From an uncultured delta proteobacterium (lineage in GTDB: Bacteria; Desulfobacterota; Binatia; UBA9968), in contig CAVXEP010000001.1 in NCBI GenBank assembly GCA_963760795.1, forward strand, positions 96,001 through 160,000: a stretch of 64,000 bases of DNA. Reading direction: 5' to 3'. Shown here piece by piece: positions 1 through 10,430 of this stretch; position 1 is the first letter of the stretch; every line of letters starts with the position of its first letter. The notes under the pieces were generated by a model that worked only from the letters and a program-made list of their open reading frames with translations, was not told where the DNA came from and did no database searches. The translations under genes were made by a program, and so were the position numbers.

Positions 1-88
1 CGCTACGGCATACAGGAGCAGGTGTGAGGAATCTGTTTGTCGCTGGTCAAGCTGCAGACCAGCGCTTGGGTTGGCATGCATCGGGAGC

Positions 89-183
89 CGTAGGCTTGGG
101 TTAAGTAGCGCAGCGACAAGCCCAATGTTTTGAGGGTATCAATCCAAGAACGATGGGTATCGCAAAGCTCAACCCATCCTACG
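89..183. repeat. REP-like inverted repeat pair (GTAG-type)
   Basis: CGTAGGCTTGGGTT...AAGCCCAA on + and CGTAGGATGGGTTGAGC...GATACCCATC on - face each other; GTAG-headed hairpins; supplies the TAG stop of the Rieske gene. Confidence 0.65.
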
Positions 184-1319
184 ACGGATCAAACCGTTGC
201 TTCCTGGTCCGAAGCCCTGCAGATAAGTCCGCGTGCAGCAGCCGGTGAAACAGATGCTCGCCCGCTTCGCGACGAACTGATAAACGCCCGGTATTGTAGG
301 CGCGAGAATTCAAACCGCGCTGCACCGACTGGCAAATAGCCACGTCCTCGGCCTGAATTTGCTCGCTGACGGCGATGCTGGCTAGATTCTTTTCTCGCGC
401 CGATGCGGAAACGTCGGCGAAGTAGTAGTCGAAGATGACTTCGGTCATGTCGACGCCGCGCGGGATGACCAGATTGGTATCCATCACTTCGTCGTAAATG
501 TTGATCATGAAATTGGGATAGATCCAGAGATAGTTGGCGCGCTCGCCTTTGCGCACGGCGGCGGTTTTGACTTCGCCCTTTTCGGACGCGATGGGACTCG
601 ATTGCAGGCAAAAGCGCTCGCCGGTTTCGATCTTGTATTTGCTGTTGTCCAAAACGCTGCTCAGGCCGCCGTGGATATGCGGCACATGGTAGCCGCCGTC
701 GAGATAGTTGTCGACGAAGACTTTCCAGTTGCAGTTCAAGAAGTAAGCACGGCGCTCGAACCACGAATACTGTTCAAGGTTCAAGGGTTCAAGGCGTTCA
801 ATCAGATCGGTGCCGACGTAATCCGTCAGGTCGGGATCGCCACTCTCTAGTTTAACGAACACCCAGCCATGCCATTCCGCGGTTTGGACCGGGACGAGGC
901 CGTTGGCGCTTCGATCGAAGTTGGCAACGCCGGCAAATTCCGGTGTGAGGATCAGCTTGCCTTCTAGGTCGTAGGTCCAGCCGTGATAGGGACAGCGGAG
1001 ATTTTCGGCTTTGCCTTCACATTTTGTCACGACCGCCGCGGCATGGTGGCGGCATACGTTGAAGAAGCCGCGCAGGACGCTGTCGTTGCCTCTGACGACG
1101 AGAATCGCTTCGCCCGCTACATCCGCCGTGATGTATTGCCCTGGATTGCGAACTTGATCGGAGCGACCGGCGAGTTGCCACGACTGCGAAAAAACGGTGC
1201 GCTGTTCCAACTCAAGAATTCGCGGATCGGTATACCAGGCGGAGGGAGGAGTGGATGCTTCCGCTAGCGGAGAGTTGGGATCGTAGCGTTCGATGAGTTC
1301 CGCGTACGGAAGGTCTCAT
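179..1319 (-). CDS. Rieske non-heme iron oxygenase alpha subunit (choline monooxygenase-like)
   Basis: Rieske CRHH...CPYHGW and mononuclear Fe DNYLDGGYHVPHIH motifs. The frame extends upstream of 1210 (ELIERYDPNSPLAEASTPPSAWYTD); the ATG at 1319 needs a 1-nt indel near 1300. Confidence 0.85.
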
Positions 1320-1574
1320 GCTATTGCCCCACGGATAAGTTCAAAAAAATCTGCCGCGGGTCATAAAACGTACCGCATATGCGTCCGATGTATCGCGGCT
1401 TTGTTTGCTGCGTCCACAAGACGACTTCGTGATCGACTTTCTCGCGGTTCAGGTCCAGCCGATCTCGAACCGCAGCGTTTCAGCTTCGATCGCACCGACT
1501 CGGCGAAAACCTTGACGGCGATCAAACGAGCCTCAGGGCGATTCTATTCAATTAGTTAGATCGTTATTATCGTC

Positions 1575-2546
1575 CTAGGCGCTGCTTCCCAATTCCCGCC
1601 GCGCTTGTTCGGCGAAGCTCCAGTTGCGCACTTTGTCGAGCGGGACGGGGTCTTTGCTTTTCAGTTCGAGCATCGACTGATCCACCAGGGATTGCACCGC
1701 GGCGTCGGAGACGACTCCGCCGTCGGACCAACTTCGTTTACCGAGTTCGTAACTTCTAGAAGCGACTTCGCGATCGAGCCGGAGCCAGTTCACCAGCATC
1801 TGGATGGTTTCTTCGCGATTGGCGCTGGCGAAGGCCATGGCGCGGAAGACTGCTCGGATTACGCCGTAAACTTGCTTGGGATTTTTCTGAATCGTCTCGT
1901 CGCGGACGGCGAGACCGGCGAGCGGTAGCTCTAAGCGTTCGCCGAACCAGAGCAGGTCTTTGTAGCCGGCTTTCTCCGCTTGCAGGTTGTACGGCAGAGT
2001 TAAGATCGTCGCGTCGACGCTGCCGGAAATGAGCGCAGCGTAGCGCGCCGCGGCTCCGCCCATTTGCAAACGAATGAGATCGCGGTCGGGGTCCAAACCT
2101 TCTTGTTTGGCGACCGTGCGGAGCGCGAGATCGGCGGCGGCGCCGAAGCTGCCGATGGCGATGCGTTTGCCTTTGAGATCGCGTACGGTTCTCACGTCTC
2201 GCTTGACGGTGAGAAAGTAGTCGGGACGGCCGAGCAAGACGGCTACCGTTTTAACCGGCAAACCGGCGCTGGCGGCGTTTATCGCTGAAGTGCTGGGAGT
2301 GGCGAATTCGACGCTGCGGGTGAGCAATGCGTTGACCGCGATATTGGTGCGCATCGTAATCGTCAATACGTCAAAGCCTTCGTCGCGAAAAAATCCTTTG
2401 CGCGCGGCGATCTCAAGCGGCAAGGTGCTGAGGCCCGCACCGGTGGAGGCGATCTTGATTTCTTCGGCTGCGGCAACGACAGATGGTGAAAGTACCAGGA
2501 CGGAGAAGATTGCGACGAAGAAACGCAATGCGTATGACTTCTTCAT
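1575..2546 (-). CDS. ABC-type substrate-binding protein, NMT1/SsuA/TauA-like
   Basis: Signal peptide; KGFFRDEG, DLKGKRIAI and ALISGSVDA motifs. Confidence 0.85.
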   Translation of the reverse strand: MKKSYALRFFVAIFSVLVLSPSVVAAAEEIKIASTGAGLSTLPLEIAARKGFFRDEGFDVLTITMRTNIAVNALLTRSVEFATPSTSAINAASAGLPVKTVAVLLGRPDYFLTVKRDVRTVRDLKGKRIAIGSFGAAADLALRTVAKQEGLDPDRDLIRLQMGGAAARYAALISGSVDATILTLPYNLQAEKAGYKDLLWFGERLELPLAGLAVRDETIQKNPKQVYGVIRAVFRAMAFASANREETIQMLVNWLRLDREVASRSYELGKRSWSDGGVVSDAAVQSLVDQSMLELKSKDPVPLDKVRNWSFAEQARRELGSSA

Positions 2547-2587
2547 CCTGGCATAGGTCGACGAAGCTAGCGAAGTGAGGTTTACGA

Positions 2588-2938
2588 TTACGCTTCTTTC
2601 GCAGTCACATGGGCGCCGCCGAACGCTTCGGAGCGGTTGCCGACGAGCACCAGCGGTTCGGTGCCGACGTTAGTGATCTGGTAGTAATCCTTGGCGCCGA
2701 AAAAAACGATCTCGTTCTGCTCAATCACGCGCTCTTCGCCTTTGAGCCCTTTGACCGACGCTTTGCCTTGAAGCACGAGAAAAGTTTCCGGCGACATATG
2801 GAAATGCATGTCGGTGTGTTCGCCGGGGCGGAAATAAAGAATCCATGAGCGAAAAGTCTCCGAACCGAAGAGCGGCATGAAGCGTTTGTCCTGGTCCTTG
2901 GCCGTCCGCATGGTGTCATTGATATTCGCGAATTCCAT
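2588..2938 (-). CDS. cupin domain protein
   Basis: PGEHTDMHFH...ETFLVLQG cupin motif 1; GGAGG RBS. Confidence 0.8.
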   Translation of the reverse strand: MEFANINDTMRTAKDQDKRFMPLFGSETFRSWILYFRPGEHTDMHFHMSPETFLVLQGKASVKGLKGEERVIEQNEIVFFGAKDYYQITNVGTEPLVLVGNRSEAFGGAHVTAKEA

Positions 2939-3007
2939 ACAACCTCCGATATTTGGCGGTCTTTAAGCTTCAGCTTGGCCCGAATTTGGCGGATCCTGCT
3001 AGATTGT

Positions 3008-3820
3008 TCAGTCCGTCAGATCCAGCAGGACGCCGTCGGGATCGGCCAAGCTTTGCTTGCACAGCTTGCAGCCTTCGAGGTTTTTCTGGCGCGTTTCACC
3101 TTCGCGGCCGATGGCGATTTTTCTCGGCGCGGAAGCGGGCGAGGATGCAGCTAGGGCGTCAAGATCCTTTTTTGTTTGTTCAAGATCGTCGACCTTGAAG
3201 CCGAAGTGATCCAAGCCCGCCATATGGCCGCGATACTGGATCATATCCCAGGGACGGATCGCAAGATTCACTTTTCCGTCGGTAAGATAGTAGCTGTTGT
3301 CGCCGGACATTCCCTCGACCGGCTGGAGATCGAAAACTTTCTGGTAGAACTCGGCGATATAAGCGGGGCGGCCGCTGCGGATACAAACATGATTGATCCA
3401 GCGCGGCTGTTCCCAGCCGAACTCGACGTATCCTTCGCGCACGTTGGCCATGCCTTTTTGCGACAGATCGTATTGGTTGCCGTCCGGGTCATGGCCGCGC
3501 AAGCCGGCAAATGGCACATGTCCCGGGCTCTCGTGAATGTAGATATCGGGGTATGACTCTTTGATGCGATCGCGGACCAACTGGACATTGTCGACGGCAA
3601 AGCCGAAATGATCCAGGCCCGATCTCGACCCGGGCTGGCGCTGCAAGAGGGCGAGGCCGATGACGCCGTCGCTCAAATGGCCGCGGTCCTTGTTGTAGTC
3701 GCCTTTCTCATCGGTCATGCCGTTGGTGATTTTCTTCATGCCGAAAATCGTTTGATAAAATTTCGCTTCGCGATCCCAATTTTCGGTCAACACGGCGATA
3801 TGTCGAATGCTGGTAAACAT
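3008..3820 (-). CDS. two-domain VOC (glyoxalase/extradiol dioxygenase) family protein
   Basis: Repeated IRHIAV/INHVCI, GLDHFGF and DPDG motifs; AGGAGG RBS before ATG 3820. Confidence 0.85.
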   Translation of the reverse strand: MFTSIRHIAVLTENWDREAKFYQTIFGMKKITNGMTDEKGDYNKDRGHLSDGVIGLALLQRQPGSRSGLDHFGFAVDNVQLVRDRIKESYPDIYIHESPGHVPFAGLRGHDPDGNQYDLSQKGMANVREGYVEFGWEQPRWINHVCIRSGRPAYIAEFYQKVFDLQPVEGMSGDNSYYLTDGKVNLAIRPWDMIQYRGHMAGLDHFGFKVDDLEQTKKDLDALAASSPASAPRKIAIGREGETRQKNLEGCKLCKQSLADPDGVLLDLTD

Positions 3821-3972
3821 GGTCCTTACCCTCCTGTGTGATTGATTCATCTCAAAGTTGGTCGTTGCTGTCAAATGGATAGAAGCCGGTGCTCCCGGCA
3901 GTTTTTCCGGCGAACGCGCCTTGATTCTAAAAACCTGGAAGGATAGAAACGAAGCGATCTTAAAAAACGCCG

Positions 3973-4827
3973 ATGACTATTCGCTCGTTCGATTTACTCC
4001 AACCGCGATCCTTGGCCGAAGCCGTGGAGCTTTTGCATAAGCATGGCGACGACGCCCGCGCCATTGGCGGCGGCACGACCCTGGTTATTCTGATGAAGCA
4101 GCGCGCGCTGCACTATCCCTACTTGGTCGATTTGCAGACGATTCCGGGGCTGAATCACATCACCAAAGAGAATGACGGCATACGCATCGGCGCTCTGGCG
4201 ACCCATCGCATGGTCGAGCTGTCGCCGGTCATTCGGCAAGCTGTCCCCGTGGTCGCCGAGGCGTTCAGCCATATCGGCAACGTGCGCGTGCGTCAGACGG
4301 CGTCGGTTGGCGGCAATCTCGCCCATGCCGATTATCGTTTGGACCCGCCGCCGCCCTTGTTGGTTCTTGACGCCCAAGTCTCGGTCTTCGGCGCCAACGG
4401 CGCGCGCACGATTCCGCTCAAGAGATTTTTCCGCGGCATGTATGAAACCGCGCTGGAGCCAGGCGAGATTCTCTCCGAGGTATTCATTCCGCAGCTGCCG
4501 GTAAACGGCAAAGCGGTCTACCTGCGTTACAACGCATTGTCGGCCAATGATTGGCCTTGTTTGGGCGTGGCGGCGTTCATGCGGAAGGACAGTGGCCGGT
4601 GTCAGGAACTCCGTCTCGCGCTCGGCGGCGTGGCGGCTACGCCGCTGCTGATCTCCGGATTGGAATTCGCCAACGACCAGCTGGTCGACACCGGCTTGGT
4701 TGATCGGATTCTCGCTGCGGTGGACGAGCAGATCTCGCCTTCTGCAGATTTGCGCGGCTCGGAGTGGTACAAGCGCCGCATGGCTCGGCTGTTTACTCAA
4801 AAGGCGATTGCGCAGTTGAACGGATAA
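3973..4827 (+). CDS. xanthine dehydrogenase family FAD-binding (medium) subunit
   Basis: IGGGTTL, VRQTASVGGNLAHAD and DLRGSEWYKR motifs of the CoxM/XdhB type. Confidence 0.9.
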   Translation: MTIRSFDLLQPRSLAEAVELLHKHGDDARAIGGGTTLVILMKQRALHYPYLVDLQTIPGLNHITKENDGIRIGALATHRMVELSPVIRQAVPVVAEAFSHIGNVRVRQTASVGGNLAHADYRLDPPPPLLVLDAQVSVFGANGARTIPLKRFFRGMYETALEPGEILSEVFIPQLPVNGKAVYLRYNALSANDWPCLGVAAFMRKDSGRCQELRLALGGVAATPLLISGLEFANDQLVDTGLVDRILAAVDEQISPSADLRGSEWYKRRMARLFTQKAIAQLNG

Positions 4828-4831
4828 ACCC

Positions 4832-7162
4832 ATGGCAAATTTCGCAGTGGTCGGACAATCGGTTTATCGCAAGGACGCCAACCCGAAGGTTACGGGACGG
4901 GCTTTGTACGTCGGCAATATCGATATGCCGGGTATGCTTCATGTCGCGGTATTGCGCAGTCCGTATCCTCACGCGCGCATCGCGCGCATCGACAAATCCA
5001 AGGCCGAGGCGCTGAGCGGCGTGGCGGTGGTAGTCACGGGCGCCGAGATCGCCAAGATGCCGGGAATCGATCCCCACTTCGGGCCGGCGTTTCGCGACCA
5101 GCCGATTCTCGCCGTGGAAAAAGTCTGTCATGTCGGCGATCCGGTGGTCGCGGTGGCGGCGGTCGATAAGCGCACGGCCGAGGACGCCTTGCAGTTGATT
5201 GAAATTGACTACGATCCGTTGCCGGCGGTTTTCAATGTGCTCGATGCCGTCACGGAACAGTCGGCGCTGGTCCATGAAGTACACCGGCCGGCCAAAGCGT
5301 TCGCTGATCTGGCTCATGTCCAGGCCGGCCAAAAGTCCAATATCTGCTATCAGTTTAAACTTCGCTTGGGCGACGTCGATAAGGCCTTCGCTGAAGCCGA
5401 CCGGGTGTTCGAAGATCAGTTCACTTCGCCGCCGGCGCAGCATGTGCCGATGGAGCCCCATGTCACGCTGGTCTATCTCGACGAGCATGAACGGGTAAAC
5501 ATCTGGACCGCCAGCCAGTCGCCATCGTATGTGCGCACGGAGGTGTCGGCGACCTTTGGCATCCCGATGCACCGGATTCGCGTGCGTGTGCCTTATCTCG
5601 GCGGCGGTTACGGCGCAAAACTTTACGCTAAGCTGGAACCGCTGGTGACGCTTCTAGCGCTGATCACAAGGAAACCGGTGCGTTACACGTTGACGCGAGA
5701 AGAGGAGTTCCTGACCGTCACCAAGCATGGGGTGGTGACCAAGATCAAGACGGCGCTCAAGAACGGCGCGATCACGGCGCGCAAGTGCGAGGTCTATTGG
5801 GACACCGGCGCCTATGCCGAGATCGGCCCGCGCATCGGTCACAAATCGGGTTACACTTCCGCCGGGCCCTACAAGATCCCAAACGTTTGGATCGACTCTT
5901 ATTGTGTGTACACGAACAAGGTTCCCGCCGGCGCCTTTCGCGGTTTCGGTGTGCCGCAGGTTATATGGGCGTACGATTCGCAGACTGACATGATCGCGCG
6001 CGCCCTCGGTGTCGACCCCGTCGAATTTCGTCTCCGGCCGATGCTTGACGAAGGCGAGGCGTTCGCCACCGGCACGTTGGTGAAGTCCTTCGGTATTAGA
6101 CAGGCGACCCTTCAAGCCGCCCAATCCATCGACTGGTCGAAACCGCGCACGGCCCAATCCGGCACCAAGTTTCGCGGCAAAGGCATCGCCGCCGGCGTCA
6201 AAGCGGTGCTCACGCCGTCGATTTCGGGCGCGATCGTGATTCTCAATGCCGACGGCACGGCCAATGTCTTGAGCAGTACGGTGGAAATGGGCCAAGGGTC
6301 GGAGACGACCATGAGTCAGATCGTCGCCGAGGAGTTGGGCATCGCCGCCGACGAAGTCCATATCGTCCAGCCCGACACCGATGTCACGCCTTACGATACC
6401 ATTACCGCCGGCAGCCGCTCGACTTACCATATGGGCAATGCAGTGCGCATGGCTGCCGCCAAGGTCAAGGCAGCACTGTGCGATGTGGTGGCGTCAAAGC
6501 TCGAGGTCGATCCCGACGATCTGGCTGCGGGCAAGGGGCGCATTTACGTCCGCGGCCTGGAAGAACGCGGCATGACCATCGGGCAAATTTTTTTGGCCAA
6601 GTTTGGCAGCCTCGGCACCACTCTGGCGGCCGAAGCGGTTTGCCAGCCGAGCGCGGCCCATATGGATCCCGAAACCGGCCAGTCTGAGAAGTGCACGGAG
6701 TACTGGTTCCCGTCGGCGACCGCCGCCGAGGTCGAGGTTGACACCGAGACCGGGCAGGTCAAAGTGCTTCAACTGGTGAGCGTCGGCGATACTGGGACTT
6801 CGATCAACCCGCGCCATTGCGAGCAGCAACTGCAAGGAGCTGCGCTCATGCACCTGGGACTCACTATGTTCGAGGAGATGATTTTCGAGGACGGACAGCT
6901 GGTCAATGGCTCACTGCTCGATTACCAAATCGCTTCGATCAAAGATATGCCGGAAGCGGTCCGTCCGGTGGTAATTCAGGTGCCTCATGAGGACGGGCCG
7001 TTCGGCGCCAAAGGGGCCGGTGAGACCGGTGCCCTAACAGTGGCGCCGGCGATTGCCAACGCGATCCACGACGCCGTCGGTGTGCGCATTCGCGACTTGC
7101 CGATCACGGCGGAACGGGTGTTAAGAGCGTTGGCAGAAAAAGACCAGATGGCGCGGGGTTAG
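4832..7162 (+). CDS. xanthine dehydrogenase family molybdopterin-binding (large) subunit
   Basis: GGGYGAK, AFRGFG, EMGQG and PFGAKGAGE motifs; lacks the CODH AYRCSFR signature. Confidence 0.92.
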   Translation: MANFAVVGQSVYRKDANPKVTGRALYVGNIDMPGMLHVAVLRSPYPHARIARIDKSKAEALSGVAVVVTGAEIAKMPGIDPHFGPAFRDQPILAVEKVCHVGDPVVAVAAVDKRTAEDALQLIEIDYDPLPAVFNVLDAVTEQSALVHEVHRPAKAFADLAHVQAGQKSNICYQFKLRLGDVDKAFAEADRVFEDQFTSPPAQHVPMEPHVTLVYLDEHERVNIWTASQSPSYVRTEVSATFGIPMHRIRVRVPYLGGGYGAKLYAKLEPLVTLLALITRKPVRYTLTREEEFLTVTKHGVVTKIKTALKNGAITARKCEVYWDTGAYAEIGPRIGHKSGYTSAGPYKIPNVWIDSYCVYTNKVPAGAFRGFGVPQVIWAYDSQTDMIARALGVDPVEFRLRPMLDEGEAFATGTLVKSFGIRQATLQAAQSIDWSKPRTAQSGTKFRGKGIAAGVKAVLTPSISGAIVILNADGTANVLSSTVEMGQGSETTMSQIVAEELGIAADEVHIVQPDTDVTPYDTITAGSRSTYHMGNAVRMAAAKVKAALCDVVASKLEVDPDDLAAGKGRIYVRGLEERGMTIGQIFLAKFGSLGTTLAAEAVCQPSAAHMDPETGQSEKCTEYWFPSATAAEVEVDTETGQVKVLQLVSVGDTGTSINPRHCEQQLQGAALMHLGLTMFEEMIFEDGQLVNGSLLDYQIASIKDMPEAVRPVVIQVPHEDGPFGAKGAGETGALTVAPAIANAIHDAVGVRIRDLPITAERVLRALAEKDQMARG

Positions 7163-7166
7163 ATTC

Positions 7167-7649
7167 ATGAAGCGCGAGATTGCACTGAGAATCAATGAGC
7201 AGGAGGAGCGCATTACCATCGACGACGCCGACACGCTGCTCGAAGTCTTGCGCGAGCGCTGCAAGTTGTGGAGCGTGCGCGAAGGTTGCGGTGTCGGCGC
7301 CTGTGGCACTTGCACGGTGTTGCTTGACGGCAAGCCGGTGAGCTCGTGCCTGCTGCTTGCTGCGCGTGCCGCCGGCTGTGACATTCTCACAGTCGAAGGC
7401 TTAAGCGAAGGTGAGTCACTGCATCCGATTCAGCAGGCTTGGGTCGAAGAGCGCGCGTTGCAATGCGCCTACTGCACGCCTGGCTTCGTGCTCTCGGTCA
7501 AAGCCCTGCTCGAAGAGAACACCGATCCAAGCGATGACGAGATCCGCGAATATCTTGCCGGCAATCTCTGCCGCTGTGCCGGCTATGCCGATATCCTGCG
7601 CGCGGTCCATGCGGCGCGTGTGAAGCTTAAAGCTACAGTCAATTGCTGA
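7167..7649 (+). CDS. xanthine dehydrogenase family 2x[2Fe-2S] (small) subunit
   Basis: GCGVGACGTC...C, QCAYCTPG and NLCRC motifs. Confidence 0.92.
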   Translation: MKREIALRINEQEERITIDDADTLLEVLRERCKLWSVREGCGVGACGTCTVLLDGKPVSSCLLLAARAAGCDILTVEGLSEGESLHPIQQAWVEERALQCAYCTPGFVLSVKALLEENTDPSDDEIREYLAGNLCRCAGYADILRAVHAARVKLKATVNC

Positions 7650-7867
7650 TCAGTCGTCCACTCCCGCCTCCTGCAATTCCACAATTTGAACATTTCTGTC
7701 GTTATGGGGGCCTCAAGGCAACTTACGACATTTTTGTGCCGCTGCGGTGCGAATTGTCCGTCATCGTTGCCACGATTGCCCCGGGTTCATCGCAGTCGGC
7801 AGTCAACTCATTAACAACGCTAGACAAATCTTATAGCTGGTGGTCGCCACCCGAGCTTCGAGGTCGC

Positions 7868-7883
7868 TGGCACGCCATGTGCT
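7868..7883 (+). promoter_or_regulatory. candidate sigma-54 promoter
   Basis: TGGCACGCCATGTGCT = GG-N10-GC, about 50 nt before the ATG at 7936. Confidence 0.5.
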
Positions 7884-7935
7884 GATGAGACCGGGAGAGG
7901 GCTCAAGTTCAACCTAAAAGCGCCAACAGTGATAT

Positions 7936-9834
7936 ATGGATATCCAGCAAAACCATCAATTCGCTAGTAAGAAGCGGTCATGGAATGTCGATTGGATCTT
8001 CGGTGTGGCCAAGAAGGAAACGGTTATTCGTTTGCGCTGGCCGCTGGTCATACTTTCCTCCTATCTGCTTTACTACGCGCCGGTTGCATGGCTCTCCGCG
8101 ACGCAAGTCCAGGCGCTTCTGAGTCTCTATCTCTTGAGCCACGCCACGCTGTATTTTTTGGCGGATGATTTTTTCGATTCGCCCTATTTCTACGGTCCTT
8201 TGCTGGTATTCGATACCCTGGTGCTGATCGTCGTCTTGAGCGCCAGCGGTGCGGCGAGTCCCGACTTTTATATCGCCTGTGTCGTGACCGTCGTCTTGAG
8301 TCTGATCTGCAACGACTCTCGCGGTCTCCTGGTAGTAACGATCCTGGCGCCGCTCCTCTACGGCTACGCATTGTTTAGCTCGTCCACCGTGCTCGAGCCG
8401 GAGCTTTTTGTTCAGCTGCCGTTTCCCTTCGTGATATCGCTGTTTTACGGTTATTTCGCTCAGGTCGGCAGGATGCGCCGGCTGGCCCGGGAAAAAGAGC
8501 AAGAGGTGCGGCGCGAGCAGCGTGCGGCGGAAGAACTGCGCCGCCAGCGCGAGCGCTTGGAGGCGATGCATGAAGTCAACGTCGCCGTGACCTCGACCAA
8601 CGAAACCAAGAGCATTCTGAATGGTCTGTTGGAGAAAACCTTAAGCCACTTGCCCTATGCCGCGGCGCTGGTTAGGTTGCGCGACCCGCAGTCGCAGCTG
8701 GTCGAGACGGTTGCGGCCAAGGGCTTCGATACTAAAGAGCGGTTGGACGCGGATACGCTCAGCTTTGTCGATGGGATCATGAAAGCCACCGAGCCCTTGA
8801 TGGTGTGCAACGTCTTTGCTGATACGCGGTTCGAGAATTTGGCGTTTTTCAAAAAAGAAGGCTTAGTGTCGATCATCGGTCTGCCGCTGGTGGCCAACCA
8901 CGAAAGCCTCGGCTGTCTTGTCTATGCGACCCGTGAAGAGCATGGCTTTGGTGCTGAAGAAGTCGAGTTTTTAGACACGCTGGCCGGCCAAGCCGCCATG
9001 GCGATCCACCACTCGCAGTTGTACCGCCAAAGCCAGCAGCAGACCGAAGAGCTGCGTCATGCGCACAAGATCAAAGATGAGTTTCTCAAGGTGGTTTCCA
9101 ACGAATTAAAAACGCCGCTCAGCGTGATCGTCGGTTACACCGACATGTTCAACCAAGGATTGTTGGGCCAACTGACGCCGATTCAAGAGAAGGCGATCGC
9201 AACCATCGAGCGGCAATCGAAAGAGCTTGGCGGTCTAATCAACACGGTTCTGCGGGTGAGCGATATCGAGTCGGAGACTCTGCGCGCCGGCGAAAATGAA
9301 ATCAGTCTGTGGGAATTTCTGTCCGAGCTGCGCTCGGAGTACGACACCCCTCTGGAGAAAAACGTCAAACTCGTCTGGGATTATCCGGCGGATTTGCCGA
9401 CCATCCAAAGTGACCGGCCCAAGCTCAAACGCATTGCTGAGAATCTGATCAACAATGCCGTCAAGTTCACCGAACATGGCACGGTGACGATTTCGCTCTA
9501 CTATTTGGCAGCGGCTAAAATTCTTGAGCTCACGGTGGCCGATACCGGAATCGGTATGGCGAGCGAAAGGCGCGGTGTGATATTCGAGAAGTTCCGCCAA
9601 CTACATGATTCCCATCTGGTACCACAGCATGGCGGCGTCGGATTGGGACTCTACATTGTCAGGAAGTACATGGACATTCTCGGCGGTGAGATTCGCGTCG
9701 ACAGCGAGCCGGGGAAGGGATCGACATTTACCATGCGCATCCCGATAGCGCTCTACAAACAAGCGACGCTGCATGAACAGCTTTTACTGCCTACCGGAAT
9801 CGAAACACCGAGGGTTGGTTTAGAGTCAAGATAG
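7936..9834 (+). CDS. membrane GAF-domain histidine-kinase-like protein, H-box His replaced by Asn
   Basis: N-terminal TM helices, GAF, HisKA (FLKVVSNELKTPL), HATPase boxes NLINNAVKF, DTGIG, GVGLGL and GKGSTF. Confidence 0.88.
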   Translation: MDIQQNHQFASKKRSWNVDWIFGVAKKETVIRLRWPLVILSSYLLYYAPVAWLSATQVQALLSLYLLSHATLYFLADDFFDSPYFYGPLLVFDTLVLIVVLSASGAASPDFYIACVVTVVLSLICNDSRGLLVVTILAPLLYGYALFSSSTVLEPELFVQLPFPFVISLFYGYFAQVGRMRRLAREKEQEVRREQRAAEELRRQRERLEAMHEVNVAVTSTNETKSILNGLLEKTLSHLPYAAALVRLRDPQSQLVETVAAKGFDTKERLDADTLSFVDGIMKATEPLMVCNVFADTRFENLAFFKKEGLVSIIGLPLVANHESLGCLVYATREEHGFGAEEVEFLDTLAGQAAMAIHHSQLYRQSQQQTEELRHAHKIKDEFLKVVSNELKTPLSVIVGYTDMFNQGLLGQLTPIQEKAIATIERQSKELGGLINTVLRVSDIESETLRAGENEISLWEFLSELRSEYDTPLEKNVKLVWDYPADLPTIQSDRPKLKRIAENLINNAVKFTEHGTVTISLYYLAAAKILELTVADTGIGMASERRGVIFEKFRQLHDSHLVPQHGGVGLGLYIVRKYMDILGGEIRVDSEPGKGSTFTMRIPIALYKQATLHEQLLLPTGIETPRVGLESR

Positions 9835-9863
9835 TTGCGACGCGCGGGAGCGGCGCAGAATAT

Positions 9864-10430
9864 TTAACGTGGCGTGTCTGAAATCGCCCGGTTGCCACGT
9901 TTCAAATACATTTTGACCCAATGGTCGTAAAGATTGTCGGGCCGCAAGACATCGATCCGTTTACCGCCATTGGCGGTCTCGACGACAATGCTGACGGATA
10001 GCTCCTGCCAGGATACCCCGAGCAGTCGTTCGTTGCTTTGTTCAACCAAAGCCCCGATGGTGCGCATGAGCTGAGATAGACCGTGCCCGTCGGCGCTGCG
10101 GCTGTGGCGCCGCCGCAATTGGCGGCGGTCGCGCTCGATCCGGTCAAGATCTTGGAACGAGTAGCGTAAGCGCTTAGCGAGTTGCGACGAGGTATTGGTA
10201 TAGGTCTCTTCGTGGCCGATCACACGCGGCGCAACTCGATTCTTCCAAAGTTTTTGCAGGCGATTGCGGCTAATTCGCAGCAGCGGATTTTGGCTCGCCG
10301 TCGGCGACTCTGGGCGCAGCCAAACCAGATAATTATCGCCGGTGCATTCTAAATTGAATCGGTCGAGCTGAAGGTTCTCCAGATCGTGGCCAATGACGCG
10401 CAAATGGCGCGCGTAATCGTTATTGCCCAT
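9864..10430 (-). CDS. hypothetical protein with internal duplication
   Basis: Open 188-aa frame; YARHLRVIGHDLE resembles LSQLMRTIGALVE. Confidence 0.6.
   Translation of the reverse strand: MGNNDYARHLRVIGHDLENLQLDRFNLECTGDNYLVWLRPESPTASQNPLLRISRNRLQKLWKNRVAPRVIGHEETYTNTSSQLAKRLRYSFQDLDRIERDRRQLRRRHSRSADGHGLSQLMRTIGALVEQSNERLLGVSWQELSVSIVVETANGGKRIDVLRPDNLYDHWVKMYLKRGNRAISDTPR

Noticed and set aside
1320-1560. Possible gene remnant between the SBP and Rieske genes
   Set aside because: Short open stretch with no start or recognisable family
3973-7649. Aerobic CO dehydrogenase (coxMSL)
   Set aside because: The large subunit has AFRGFG rather than AYRCSFR, the order is M-L-S, and there are no cox accessory genes
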